Shown here piece after piece: positions 17,554 through 25,592 of a stretch of 27,728 nucleotides of DNA. Position 1 is the first letter of the stretch; the number at the start of each line of letters is the position of its first letter. The DNA is from a virus (Duplodnaviria > Caudoviricetes), in the IMG/VR virus record IMGVR_UViG_3300037420_000617, positions 1 to 27,728 of that record. The stretch is one strand, 5' to 3'. The notes under the pieces are model-generated. The model ran no database searches, was not told the origin of the DNA, and saw only the letters and a list, made by a program, of their open reading frames with translations. Position numbers and translations under genes: made by a program.

Positions 17554-17789
17554 GCTTCCTCCTTTGGGGGTGCAAAATCTTCGAAAACGAAGTCGGCTAA
17601 TGCGTGGTAGGCATCAGCGGTCATTCGGAGCTCGCACAGTTTCATGGGGTCGCAATTGCCCCCGTCCCATGAAAGCCTGATCCATGCCGTCATCTGGGCG
17701 TCGCCACGCTCGCGTAGAGCCGCGCTCACCCATTCGGTAACCGGGTCCTCGCGCCATGCGGCGAACTCTTCTGCGCTGATCTCAGCCAA
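17550..17789 (-). CDS. Hypothetical protein downstream of portal
   Basis: 79 aa 'EEFAAWREDPVTEWV'; coupled to both neighbours. Confidence 0.6.
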   Translation of the reverse strand: MAEISAEEFAAWREDPVTEWVSAALRERGDAQMTAWIRLSWDGGNCDPMKLCELRMTADAYHALADFVFEDFAPPKEEA

Positions 17790-19875
17790 GGTCCCGCGCC
17801 CTCATTCCATCGGCCATCGCCTGATGTTCGAGATCGTATTTCTTGTGCTGAGCGGTGACGGCCGTAAGTACGGCGTCGGCATTGTCCTTCTGGGCTTGTG
17901 CTGTGGATTTATCGGTGTCCGCCTGAAGCTTGTTCAGCTGGGCGATCTCTATCGGATTCGGCGGCTGCGGTTTTGGCGGAGGCAGGATCTTGTCGATATC
18001 CTCAACGTCAGCCGCCTCCAGCGACCGTTTCAGGATCTCGCGAACATCGCCGCCAACAGAAGCCACAGCACCCATCTTGCTTTCGAGGTACTGGGCCTTG
18101 GCCATCTTCTGCATCCGCGTGACAGCGGAAGGGTCACTGACGGGCCGAATGTCCATGTCACTGTCGGAGAAGTCCGCCTGAAAATCCGCAGCCTCGTCGT
18201 CCAGAACATTGGCATAGTCCTTCGCCGCCCCCTCACCGCCGTACCGAGCGATCTTCTGAGCAAGCAGGGTGTATTCGTCCTTGGCCGAGCGGAAGAACCG
18301 CTTGGCAACGGCGTTGAATACCTGAAGGCCCTGCTCGATCTGGGCTAATACAGTCCCGACAGGAGCCGTAGGTGCCGCTTGTCCGGTGAGGATGTCCTTG
18401 AAGCCCCCAATCTCGCGGGCAAAGCCCATGATGAAGTCGAGCACCTGGAAGGTGACGGGTGAGACATTGGGCAAGGTCCGCTCGACAATGCCGTTCTTCA
18501 AATCCATTCCGGTCGCTTCGACCGTCTTGTATTCGCCGGGGGCAAAGCGAACCACCGACCTTCCAGAGCGGCCCTGCAACCTCAGTCCAGCAGCAATGAA
18601 CCCACCGCCAGCGACCTGAGCGTTACCAGCATCAATAAGTTGATTAATGGCGGTGTCGATCACCGCCCCGACCCGCTTCAGCAAATGGCCTAGGCCGATG
18701 TCGTAGAACTTGCCTTGGGGGTGAGGAAAGAAGCCGTACTTGATGTAGAATTTTCCGGCAGTGATCCGGATGGGCTTACCCGCATCATCCCATTCAATAT
18801 CGCTTGGTCCGAAATTGCTTTCGACGCGAAGGACTGTTCTAGTCTCGTGGTCAACCGTGACGATGTACGGCTCATCATATCCGTCATCATCGAGGTCCAA
18901 GAAACGATGCTGCTCGAGGAACAGCCGCGGCTTGTCCTCGTCCTCTGTCGTAATTCCAAGATCGACATCGAGGTACATTCCCTCGCGCTGCTTGCAGCAG
19001 ATCTCGTGATAAAAGGTGTCGGGGATTTCCTCGGTAATGCGGGGAGCGGTATCGAGCGACTTGACATTCTCGTTGACCACTAATCTAAGGGCCGGGACCA
19101 TGGCCGACTGTGGTCCCTTGCGATTGTCCCACCACAACTTTCTGAACACGCATCCGACGATGGGAAGCTGGGTCAGCAGAGCATCGGTATCACCTTCCCA
19201 CGAATCCATCCGGTAAAACACGACCGTGTTGAGATATTCGCTGACCCTCTGTGCTCGCTTGGTCTTGGCTCCCGGAGGAATTTTCCACGCGATCTGTGGC
19301 GGATCTGGAGGGGGTAGCTGGCTCGGGTCCTGTCCCTGCTGCTGGGCCTGGGCCTGTGCCTGTGCCTGTTGCTGCTGCTGCGCCTGGAACCCAACCATTG
19401 CAGGAACCGGTTGACCGTTCAGGATCACCATCGGGTGGCCGTCCGGGCCTTTCAGCGAAACTCCGTTATCCTTGCCGATGACCTTGCACAGGATCGCCTC
19501 GTCGCCCTTGATCGCGGCGGGATACATGCGGGCGTTGAACTGCAATGCAGCGATCGTCAGCAGCGGGACATTGACGTTTGAAGAACTGGGCCACGGGGTT
19601 GATTTAACCTCGGTCGGCTTGTCCTGCGCGGCCTGGGCAAGCATCTCCTCGGCCATCTCGGCCCATTCCCTGCGAGACGCCTTATCCTTCTCATATCCTT
19701 CGACGACCTTGATCCCCAACGCCGCGAGGTCACCGGCTCCCATCGCTTCAGCAAGGTTCGCGGTAGATTGGGCAAGCGTCAGCAGCTTGTCGCGCGGCGA
19801 GGGAACGAGCGACATGCTCGCAGAGACTGCGGCGGCCGAAGCCTCCGGGTCGTAAGCTTTGGCAGGCTCAGCCAA
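17782..19875 (-). CDS. Portal protein (start uncertain: TTG 19875 or ATG 19815)
   Basis: About 700 aa; 'PWPSSSNVNVPLLTIAALQFNARMYP', 'FYDIGLGHLL', 'NQLIDAG', 'APVGTVLAQIEQGLQVFNAVAKR', 'PVSDP'; follows terL. Confidence 0.85.
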   Translation of the reverse strand: MAEPAKAYDPEASAAAVSASMSLVPSPRDKLLTLAQSTANLAEAMGAGDLAALGIKVVEGYEKDKASRREWAEMAEEMLAQAAQDKPTEVKSTPWPSSSNVNVPLLTIAALQFNARMYPAAIKGDEAILCKVIGKDNGVSLKGPDGHPMVILNGQPVPAMVGFQAQQQQQAQAQAQAQQQGQDPSQLPPPDPPQIAWKIPPGAKTKRAQRVSEYLNTVVFYRMDSWEGDTDALLTQLPIVGCVFRKLWWDNRKGPQSAMVPALRLVVNENVKSLDTAPRITEEIPDTFYHEICCKQREGMYLDVDLGITTEDEDKPRLFLEQHRFLDLDDDGYDEPYIVTVDHETRTVLRVESNFGPSDIEWDDAGKPIRITAGKFYIKYGFFPHPQGKFYDIGLGHLLKRVGAVIDTAINQLIDAGNAQVAGGGFIAAGLRLQGRSGRSVVRFAPGEYKTVEATGMDLKNGIVERTLPNVSPVTFQVLDFIMGFAREIGGFKDILTGQAAPTAPVGTVLAQIEQGLQVFNAVAKRFFRSAKDEYTLLAQKIARYGGEGAAKDYANVLDDEAADFQADFSDSDMDIRPVSDPSAVTRMQKMAKAQYLESKMGAVASVGGDVREILKRSLEAADVEDIDKILPPPKPQPPNPIEIAQLNKLQADTDKSTAQAQKDNADAVLTAVTAQHKKYDLEHQAMADGMRARDLG

Positions 19876-20008
19876 AGTTAGCGCGGCGCAATGCGATCTC
19901 TGCCGGATCGGCGTCGGGATCACCGAACTTGGCGATGAACGCAGGGTCTTTCTTGGCGGCTACTTCGCTCGGTTTGCTGGCGGCTTTCTTGGCCGGTTTC
20001 TTCGCCAT
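19868..20008 (-). CDS. 46-aa Lys/Ala-rich small protein (not in the ORF track)
   Basis: MAKKPAKKAASKPSEVAAKKDPAFIAKFGDPDADPAEIALRRANFG, with a strong AGGAG RBS; its stop overlaps the portal TTG start region. Confidence 0.7.
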   Translation of the reverse strand: MAKKPAKKAASKPSEVAAKKDPAFIAKFGDPDADPAEIALRRANFG

Positions 20009-20010
20009 GC

Positions 20011-20039
20011 TTCGTCTCCTGTTTCCGCTCGGAGACGAA
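20011..20039 (-). promoter_or_regulatory. RBS-sequestering hairpin upstream of the head operon
   Basis: Perfect 9-bp inverted repeat TTCGTCTCC/GGAGACGAA (20011-20019 and 20031-20039); the 3' arm contains the GGAG SD of the 46-aa ORF. Confidence 0.65.
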
Positions 20040-20078
20040 AATAGCGGTTCGGGGGGAAGGCCCCGGAAATAATGTTAG
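20038..20078 (-). promoter_or_regulatory. Putative late promoter 1 (head operon): CTAACATTATTT + 23 nt + TATTTT
   Basis: Box at 20067-20078, -10-like hexamer at 20038-20043. Confidence 0.65.
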
Positions 20079-20545
20079 GCGAGACAGCGCTCTATGTTGT
20101 CGGACACGACATCGAGCTTGGCCGCAAGGCGTTCAAGGAACAGGCGGGCAATGAGGCTGAACGCGGGAAGCGATCCGAAGCCGATCCAGAACGCGAGGCG
20201 GCGCATAATGCGTTCGCCCTTGGCGGCATTAGCTTCGGCCCGCATTCGCTTCCCGGCCTTGATGTCGGCAATCTCATTCTGCTGCTGCCGCGCCATTGCC
20301 TCAAGGTAGGCAGACTGCCGCGCTGCGGTTTCCTCTGGAGTGGGAATGAGATCAGCGAACAGGTTGCTGGTACGCAATATCTGACCCTGCGCGGCATTCA
20401 TCAGGTCGTTAACGTCAATCCAGCTGGCCGAGATGGGTGTCGATTGGCTGAGATAGCTGACGAGCCCATTGTTCATGGGGGCCTGCTGATATTGAGCAAG
20501 CGCGTTCAGGCCCAAGCCGGTATATTCCTTCGTGTCGACCATCAA
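20075..20545 (-). CDS. Hypothetical protein with one hydrophobic segment, between terL and portal
   Basis: 156 aa, overlaps the terL stop; 'LAFWIGFGSLPAFSLIARLFL'. Confidence 0.5.
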   Translation of the reverse strand: MMVDTKEYTGLGLNALAQYQQAPMNNGLVSYLSQSTPISASWIDVNDLMNAAQGQILRTSNLFADLIPTPEETAARQSAYLEAMARQQQNEIADIKAGKRMRAEANAAKGERIMRRLAFWIGFGSLPAFSLIARLFLERLAAKLDVVSDNIERCLA

Positions 20546-22086
20546 TACCCCGTGATCGCTGATCGGCCCTGCACCGGCTCCTCGTCCTCGTCCATGTCGG
20601 CAAGGGTTAGCGGGAACCGGATCGGCAAGTCCTCGTCGAGAAACCTCGACAACGCGTCCAGCATATCGTCATGGGTCGCCACTGGAAACGCCTTGTATTC
20701 CTCTTCGATGAAGGCCTTGGTCAGATCAACCTCACGGCCTTCGTAATCGGTCTTGGGAAGCGTTGGCCTCAATAGGATGCGCTTCTGCTCGAACCACGGG
20801 ACTAGTCTCCTGATCCGGTCGAGCTTTGGCATTTGCCCGCCAAGCTCAGTAATCTTGAAACGGTAATTCTCGCGCTCCTGCAAATCCCGGATATGCTCGA
20901 TATCGGCCATCATTCCGTAGCGTTCATACCCCACAGCCATGACCGGAGCGCGCGGGAACCAATGGCGGTGAAGCGCGATCAAACGATCGGCGCGTTCGGT
21001 CAGGCTGAGCCTGTCTCGTACCATGTCATGAACATAGACCTTGCGATCGGGTCCGAGACCCAGAACCCAGATGCTGGTGTAGTCGCTGGTCTTTTTCTTC
21101 GAGGAGGCAGCGTCAACCAGGATAACCAGGTTGTGACCGCGCCACAGATCCGGACCGCTCGCATATTCCAGCCACTCCTCCTTGAAGCCCTGCTTGTCAT
21201 CCGCGGTGGGGTCGAGCAGCATCTGAGCGCCGTAGATGTACGGGCCCATCTCCCTCCGCTTGGTGTCCAGTTCGTCACGGGTGAGGAATACCGGCTTTCC
21301 ATCCACCAACCCGTTCTCTGTGGCGGGATAGAGCCTTGGTTTCGCAGTCCCACTATCAAGTACCGTCTTGTAGCTGTCGTTGGCGTGATAGCGGGTTCCG
21401 ATGAACCGCTTCGCTCCTCCTCTTGTCCCGAGGTTGTAGGCCAGCTGCAGGGACTCGGTGGTCTTGAGCATCATTTCCGGAGAGGTCACGCTTTCCTTGG
21501 TCACCACGTCATCGAACACCAGCTTCTTGAAGTGCTTTGACGTAGGCTGACCATCGACCACGCCCCACGCCTCTATCGTCGCCTCTTTCGGGTTGGATTT
21601 GCGCTTGACGACAATCCCCTCGTCCTCGGACCACTTGGGGCTTTCCTTCTGAGGATCGGCCCACAGCACATCAGGAAACCACCGTTTCAGCCGTTCATTG
21701 CGCTCGAACTCGCCCTTGATCTGGCGAAGGAAGGCTTTCGCAATGGGCCGAGTGTGACTAAAAATGCCAACGGTAATGTCGGGATCGGCAAGCACGTCCT
21801 GGATTGTCTTGGCGTTGGTGATGATCGAGCTTTTCCAATGCTCTCTCGCCCATAGATCGAGATAACCATCGGGATTGGCCTGAACCTCGCAGCAGCGATC
21901 GAACACCCATTGGTTGTGCGCGTCCTGTCGGCCTAGCCCGTATCTTAGCAGGACCCACAGCCCCATTCCCGGCCACAGGCAGGCCTCTCGCATGATAGCG
22001 TCGGCTTCATCGTTGCTGCCCTCGTGGATGAGCTGAGATACTTCGCTTTGCAGCCGGTCGATCTGTGGCGGCTGGCACCAGTTCAC
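20542..22086 (-). CDS. terL: Terminase large subunit
   Basis: 514 aa; Walker A-like 'WAREHWKSS', Walker B 'LVFDDVV', 'IGTRYH', nuclease 'ILVDAA...DYT', 'HDDMLDALS'. Confidence 0.9.
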   Translation of the reverse strand: MNWCQPPQIDRLQSEVSQLIHEGSNDEADAIMREACLWPGMGLWVLLRYGLGRQDAHNQWVFDRCCEVQANPDGYLDLWAREHWKSSIITNAKTIQDVLADPDITVGIFSHTRPIAKAFLRQIKGEFERNERLKRWFPDVLWADPQKESPKWSEDEGIVVKRKSNPKEATIEAWGVVDGQPTSKHFKKLVFDDVVTKESVTSPEMMLKTTESLQLAYNLGTRGGAKRFIGTRYHANDSYKTVLDSGTAKPRLYPATENGLVDGKPVFLTRDELDTKRREMGPYIYGAQMLLDPTADDKQGFKEEWLEYASGPDLWRGHNLVILVDAASSKKKTSDYTSIWVLGLGPDRKVYVHDMVRDRLSLTERADRLIALHRHWFPRAPVMAVGYERYGMMADIEHIRDLQERENYRFKITELGGQMPKLDRIRRLVPWFEQKRILLRPTLPKTDYEGREVDLTKAFIEEEYKAFPVATHDDMLDALSRFLDEDLPIRFPLTLADMDEDEEPVQGRSAITGY

Positions 22087-22340
22087 GCCGGGAATGCTCC
22101 CGTGCTAAGCTGGGCTCGCAACAGATCACGGCTGCCGTTCCGCGCATCGGTGATCCAAGCATTCCCCGGACCATGTTCACCCGATAGCCCGAGATCGATC
22201 CGGACCTTCTGCATCATGCAGCGGATTGCCGCCTCGGAGCGATCGGGAAAGCGTTCGATTGCAACCGTGATCCAGTCCCGCCTTCCGGCAACGCCTTTCA
22301 GGAACTCGCGGTCCTCGGTTCGCCATGGAGTACTAGCCAC
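22083..22340 (-). CDS. Small Myb/GcrA-like HTH protein, candidate transcription factor
   Basis: Start re-called to GTG 22340 (85 aa): 'PWRTEDREFLK...AIERFPDRSEAAIRCMMQKVRIDLGL'. Confidence 0.5.
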   Translation of the reverse strand: MASTPWRTEDREFLKGVAGRRDWITVAIERFPDRSEAAIRCMMQKVRIDLGLSGEHGPGNAWITDARNGSRDLLRAQLSTGAFPA

Positions 22341-22740
22341 GCTTGCCCTCCACGATGATCTCATGCGGTGTGGGGCCGAATATGTCCTCGACGCGGCGCT
22401 TGGCGGCTTCGCAATGTTCGATCGGTCCGCCGTTGGGTCCACTGACTTCCACCTGCTGCTTCTCGCGATATTTCGGACGGTGAGCCTTCAGCAGGATCTC
22501 GAGCATCCGGTCGGACTGTCCCGACTTGGCGCGCTCGAATGCCACTTGCTCAAGCATGTCGGCGGCAGCCTCAAGCGCATCATCCCAGGCTTGGGCGAAT
22601 GCAGGATCATCTCCACGCCAATCGTAGGCAGACTGGCGGCCAATGCCGGCTGCTCGACACGCCTCCGTCACGTTGCACGTCTCAACAAGAACGGCGACGA
22701 ATGTTGTGCGCGCGCGATCTGTACGAATGGTCCGACCCAT
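22333..22740 (-). CDS. terS: Terminase small subunit
   Basis: 135 aa; HTH 'CNVTEACRAAGIGRQSAYDWRGDDPAFAQAWDDA', 'SDRMLEILLKAHRPKYRE..QVEVSGPNGGPI'. Confidence 0.8.
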   Translation of the reverse strand: MGRTIRTDRARTTFVAVLVETCNVTEACRAAGIGRQSAYDWRGDDPAFAQAWDDALEAAADMLEQVAFERAKSGQSDRMLEILLKAHRPKYREKQQVEVSGPNGGPIEHCEAAKRRVEDIFGPTPHEIIVEGKRG

Positions 22741-22994
22741 CAGACCACGGTCCCGTTTTGCGTAATGACATTTTCACCGCTACGCCGAACCGCAAACCTC
22801 GGCTGGATGAAGTAAGAGCCGTTGTTCCACGCCCATTCCAGATCACGACGCGGCGTGAGGTAGTCGCCCTTGCTAATTGCTTCTTCACCCCACAGGATTC
22901 GATTACCGCGCTCGATCCAGAAGCGGATGCGCTCCTTTGGGTCATTCGGCGGCCGTGTTCCGTTAGATGATCCAGATAGGCGGCTAGTGGTCAT
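22740..22994 (-). CDS. Hypothetical protein
   Basis: 84 aa from ATG 22994, overlapping the initiator stop and terS start. Confidence 0.5.
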   Translation of the reverse strand: MTTSRLSGSSNGTRPPNDPKERIRFWIERGNRILWGEEAISKGDYLTPRRDLEWAWNNGSYFIQPRFAVRRSGENVITQNGTVV

Positions 22995-23748
22995 ATGAAC
23001 CCTCAAGCAATTTCGTGAAGCTCTTCGGCTGAAGCAGGAAGTCGAAGTCGGCGCGCCAACCGCGGTCGTTATCGCCCTTGAGGAACGTACTGCGCTCCAA
23101 AGCCGAAAGCGCGCGCTGCCAATCGTCGAGATCGGGATATTCGCGGATTCTGGCTTTCAGCCTTCGCCTTCGTTCGGGCGTCAGCTTGCGAATGGCGGCG
23201 TAGCCGAGAGGGACCATGCGGTCCTGCCAGGCTTCTAGGACCTCGTCTTCGGTGACGGGGGCATCGGTCGGCTCTGCCGACAAATCCTCGTTAGAGGATA
23301 TAACTTGTTCGTTAGAACAAGGTGAAGGTGAAGGTAGAGGTCTGCCGTTTTGTTGGCCGTTTGCTTCAACATGTGTTTCAACATGTGTTGATTTTTTGTT
23401 GGACGTTTGTTGCTTATCCGCGCGGGCGGCTGCTGATGCCTTGCCAGCCTTGCTGCGCTTCTCGACGTTCTCAGCTGCACGTTGCCGTTCTCGCTCGACA
23501 CGCTTCTGGATGAGTTGGCCGTTCTGAACGTCGAAGAAACCGATCAGCGCAGGTCTTGCCTTGCGCCATACGGACGCGCTCATTCGAGCGATTTGCGCCA
23601 GCACAGCGTCATCGTTCGGCGGCGGGCCATTCTTCCAATAGTCGAGCAGCAGCAGGACGTAAGCGCCGTGTTGCTCGGTCGTGAGCCTGGTCGTCGCGGA
23701 GAGATAGTCTCCGACAAAGAACGGCATCCAGTTGTCTGATTTGCTCAC
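22984..23748 (-). CDS. Phage replication initiator (DUF1376/YdaU-type N-terminus)
   Basis: 254 aa; 'WMPFFVGDYLSATTRLTTEQHGAYVLLLLDYW', C-terminal 'FLKGDNDRGWRADFDFLL..KSFTKLLEGSY'. Confidence 0.8.
   Translation of the reverse strand: MSKSDNWMPFFVGDYLSATTRLTTEQHGAYVLLLLDYWKNGPPPNDDAVLAQIARMSASVWRKARPALIGFFDVQNGQLIQKRVERERQRAAENVEKRSKAGKASAAARADKQQTSNKKSTHVETHVEANGQQNGRPLPSPSPCSNEQVISSNEDLSAEPTDAPVTEDEVLEAWQDRMVPLGYAAIRKLTPERRRRLKARIREYPDLDDWQRALSALERSTFLKGDNDRGWRADFDFLLQPKSFTKLLEGSYDH
23320..23413. repeat. Iteron-like repeats inside the initiator gene (probable phage origin)
   Basis: TTCAACATGTGT x2 (23365-23388) including the inverted repeat TCAACA-TG-TGTTGA; GCCGTTT x2 at 12-nt spacing; AAGGTG repeats; locally AT-rich. 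Confidence 0.6.
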
Positions 23749-24308
23749 GGCTCACGCCCGTATTGCTGAGCTTCACGAGCTAGATATGCCTCTCGGCATT
23801 TGGCTCGGTACGCAGGATCGTTGCAGCGCTCTTTCTGAGCTTGCTGAGCCCATACCTGGGCCATTGTCCGGTGACCTTCGAACGGCATGTGGCCAGTTGC
23901 TGGTTTTGGGCGGCAATCGTTCACTCTGCCGCCTCCATCTGAGCAATGCCGGAGCCGTTTCAGGACGGCGCGAACGTCGAAACTCGTGAAGTCGTTGCCT
24001 TCGGCCATGCGCGCTTTCACATGCTTGCAGGCGTGGATGACGGTGGTGTGGTCACGGCCGCCGAACATGTCTCCGATCTGGATTGTTGAGTGCGGCGTGA
24101 GCTCTCGCGAGAGGTACATTGCGACCTGCCGTTTGCGGACTATCCACCGCTGGCGCTGCCCTGCGCCTCCGTCAGGCTCGGTGAGCAATCCCGGGGCCAC
24201 ACCATAATGCCGAGCACAGGCGCTGATGACGGCGGAAACAGTGATCCTGCTCGAGCCCGGTGTCGGTGCGAGCATCAGTTCCGCAATGTCGTCGGGAGCC
24301 GTGCGCAT
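23745..24308 (-). CDS. DnaA C-terminal (domain IV) HTH protein
   Basis: 'KRQVAMYLSRELTPHSTIQIGDMFGGRDHTTVIHACKHV' is the Bac_DnaA_C signature; there is no AAA+ domain. Confidence 0.85.
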   Translation of the reverse strand: MRTAPDDIAELMLAPTPGSSRITVSAVISACARHYGVAPGLLTEPDGGAGQRQRWIVRKRQVAMYLSRELTPHSTIQIGDMFGGRDHTTVIHACKHVKARMAEGNDFTSFDVRAVLKRLRHCSDGGGRVNDCRPKPATGHMPFEGHRTMAQVWAQQAQKERCNDPAYRAKCREAYLAREAQQYGREP

Positions 24309-25054
24309 CAGTGCCTCAGGAACGCTATGGTGCGGTCACTATGCCAGCACAGTGCACAGGTAGCGCAGCAGTCGGTTTTGCCGGTCTGGGCCGGGCAAAT
24401 TACGTGGTCCGTCTCTCCCGCACTATCGATGACGACAGAGCCGTTTTTCGGACCATTCCACCCACTGAACCGAACGTGGAAACGTGCCGGCCAGATAGTG
24501 ATCATTTCGCACAGGCGGCGACCGATCGCGCTTTTCGGTTTCCGCGCTGAATAGCCGAAGATATGGAGCGCAGGGTAAGCTTCGAGCGCTTCGGCCCACA
24601 GGTTCGCGTATCGAACCGAATAGAAGTCTCCGAGAATGTGAAGGCGGACAAGAAAGCCTGTGGGATGGGATGTTTGCTTGTCCGCCAACTCGTGCCACAG
24701 CCTCTCCTCAAATTCCGGGCCGTGCTGAATGCGGCGAGCCCAGTTCATCGAGTTGCCGTAGCAAGTCCGCCATTCCAGACATGTCGATGGACAGGTTCGC
24801 CGTTCCTCGAGAGTGAGGGTAAAAATCGGGAAGTCTTTCATCTTCCCCTTGGTCACTCGCTTACCGATCTTGCGGCTGTTGTGACCGTCGATCAGGAGCC
24901 TAGGTCGCTGCGAATGATGCGCGACACGCGCTTGGAACATCGACTGCCCCAAGGCGATTGCCGGATGGTCGTCGGACAGGTTGATCCTGTGGCCCTTCGG
25001 TTTGATACTGGTGAAGCGGCGTAGCGCGCCACCGGAGGCCATTCCCTGCCTCAT
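24308..25054 (-). CDS. Cys-rich GP88-like / putative Fe-S protein
   Basis: 248 aa; 'NSRKIG', 'TCPSTCLEWRTCYG', 'VRLHILGDFYS', C-terminal 'CPAQTGKTDCCATCALCW'. Confidence 0.55.
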   Translation of the reverse strand: MRQGMASGGALRRFTSIKPKGHRINLSDDHPAIALGQSMFQARVAHHSQRPRLLIDGHNSRKIGKRVTKGKMKDFPIFTLTLEERRTCPSTCLEWRTCYGNSMNWARRIQHGPEFEERLWHELADKQTSHPTGFLVRLHILGDFYSVRYANLWAEALEAYPALHIFGYSARKPKSAIGRRLCEMITIWPARFHVRFSGWNGPKNGSVVIDSAGETDHVICPAQTGKTDCCATCALCWHSDRTIAFLRH

Positions 25055-25419
25055 GCCGCGAGCTCCAGCCCGAGCAGATGAAGATGGACGAGTATCTTTC
25101 CGCCCTTGACCGGATCTCCCCGCCGCAAGCAGTATTCGAATATCTGGTCATCAACGCCCAACAGTTCGGCCAGAGCGTCGATGCCCTGCTTTGCCTTGGC
25201 TAAGGCGTTGTCGAGATCGAACCGACGCCTGGTTGGTGGGCAGAACGTCAGCTCCAGCATCACTGGAGGATCGACGAACAATTTCGGAACCCGTTGGGTA
25301 CGGAGAAAGATCAGGCAATCGTCACGGTATTGGCTTGCAGCCGCGCGCTTGATCCACCAGCTTCCGGCATGGGAAGCGTTGGGGGACAGTTTTGCGGGAG
25401 GCCAAGGTAGCTCGATCAT
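25051..25419 (-). CDS. rusA: RusA-like Holliday junction resolvase
   Basis: 122 aa; 'IELPWPP..LSPN', 'FCPPTRRRFDLDNAL..KQGIDALAELLGVDD'. Confidence 0.75.
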   Translation of the reverse strand: MIELPWPPAKLSPNASHAGSWWIKRAAASQYRDDCLIFLRTQRVPKLFVDPPVMLELTFCPPTRRRFDLDNALAKAKQGIDALAELLGVDDQIFEYCLRRGDPVKGGKILVHLHLLGLELAA

Positions 25420-25592
25420 GCGATCCTCGGATCGGGCTGCAACCCAAGCTGTTCGCGCATCTTCCGCGCTTTGTCGGCAATGATGCGGTGGCGTTTTTCG
25501 TGGCCGATGCGCGCCAATTCACGAGCAGAGTCAGTTACTCGCTTACAGGCGCGCTTATGTCGGCGCATGAAGAGGAAGTTGCGGAGGCTCAT
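25416..25592 (-). CDS. 58-aa basic hypothetical protein (not in the ORF track)
   Basis: MSLRNFLFMRRHKRACKRVTDSARELARIGHEKRHRIIADKARKMREQLGLQPDPRIA; ATGA overlaps on both sides. Confidence 0.65.
   Translation of the reverse strand: MSLRNFLFMRRHKRACKRVTDSARELARIGHEKRHRIIADKARKMREQLGLQPDPRIA

Noticed and set aside
19876-19923. Portal start at GTG 19923
   Set aside because: Overlaps the 46-aa ORF that has the strong RBS; TTG 19875 or ATG 19815 is more plausible
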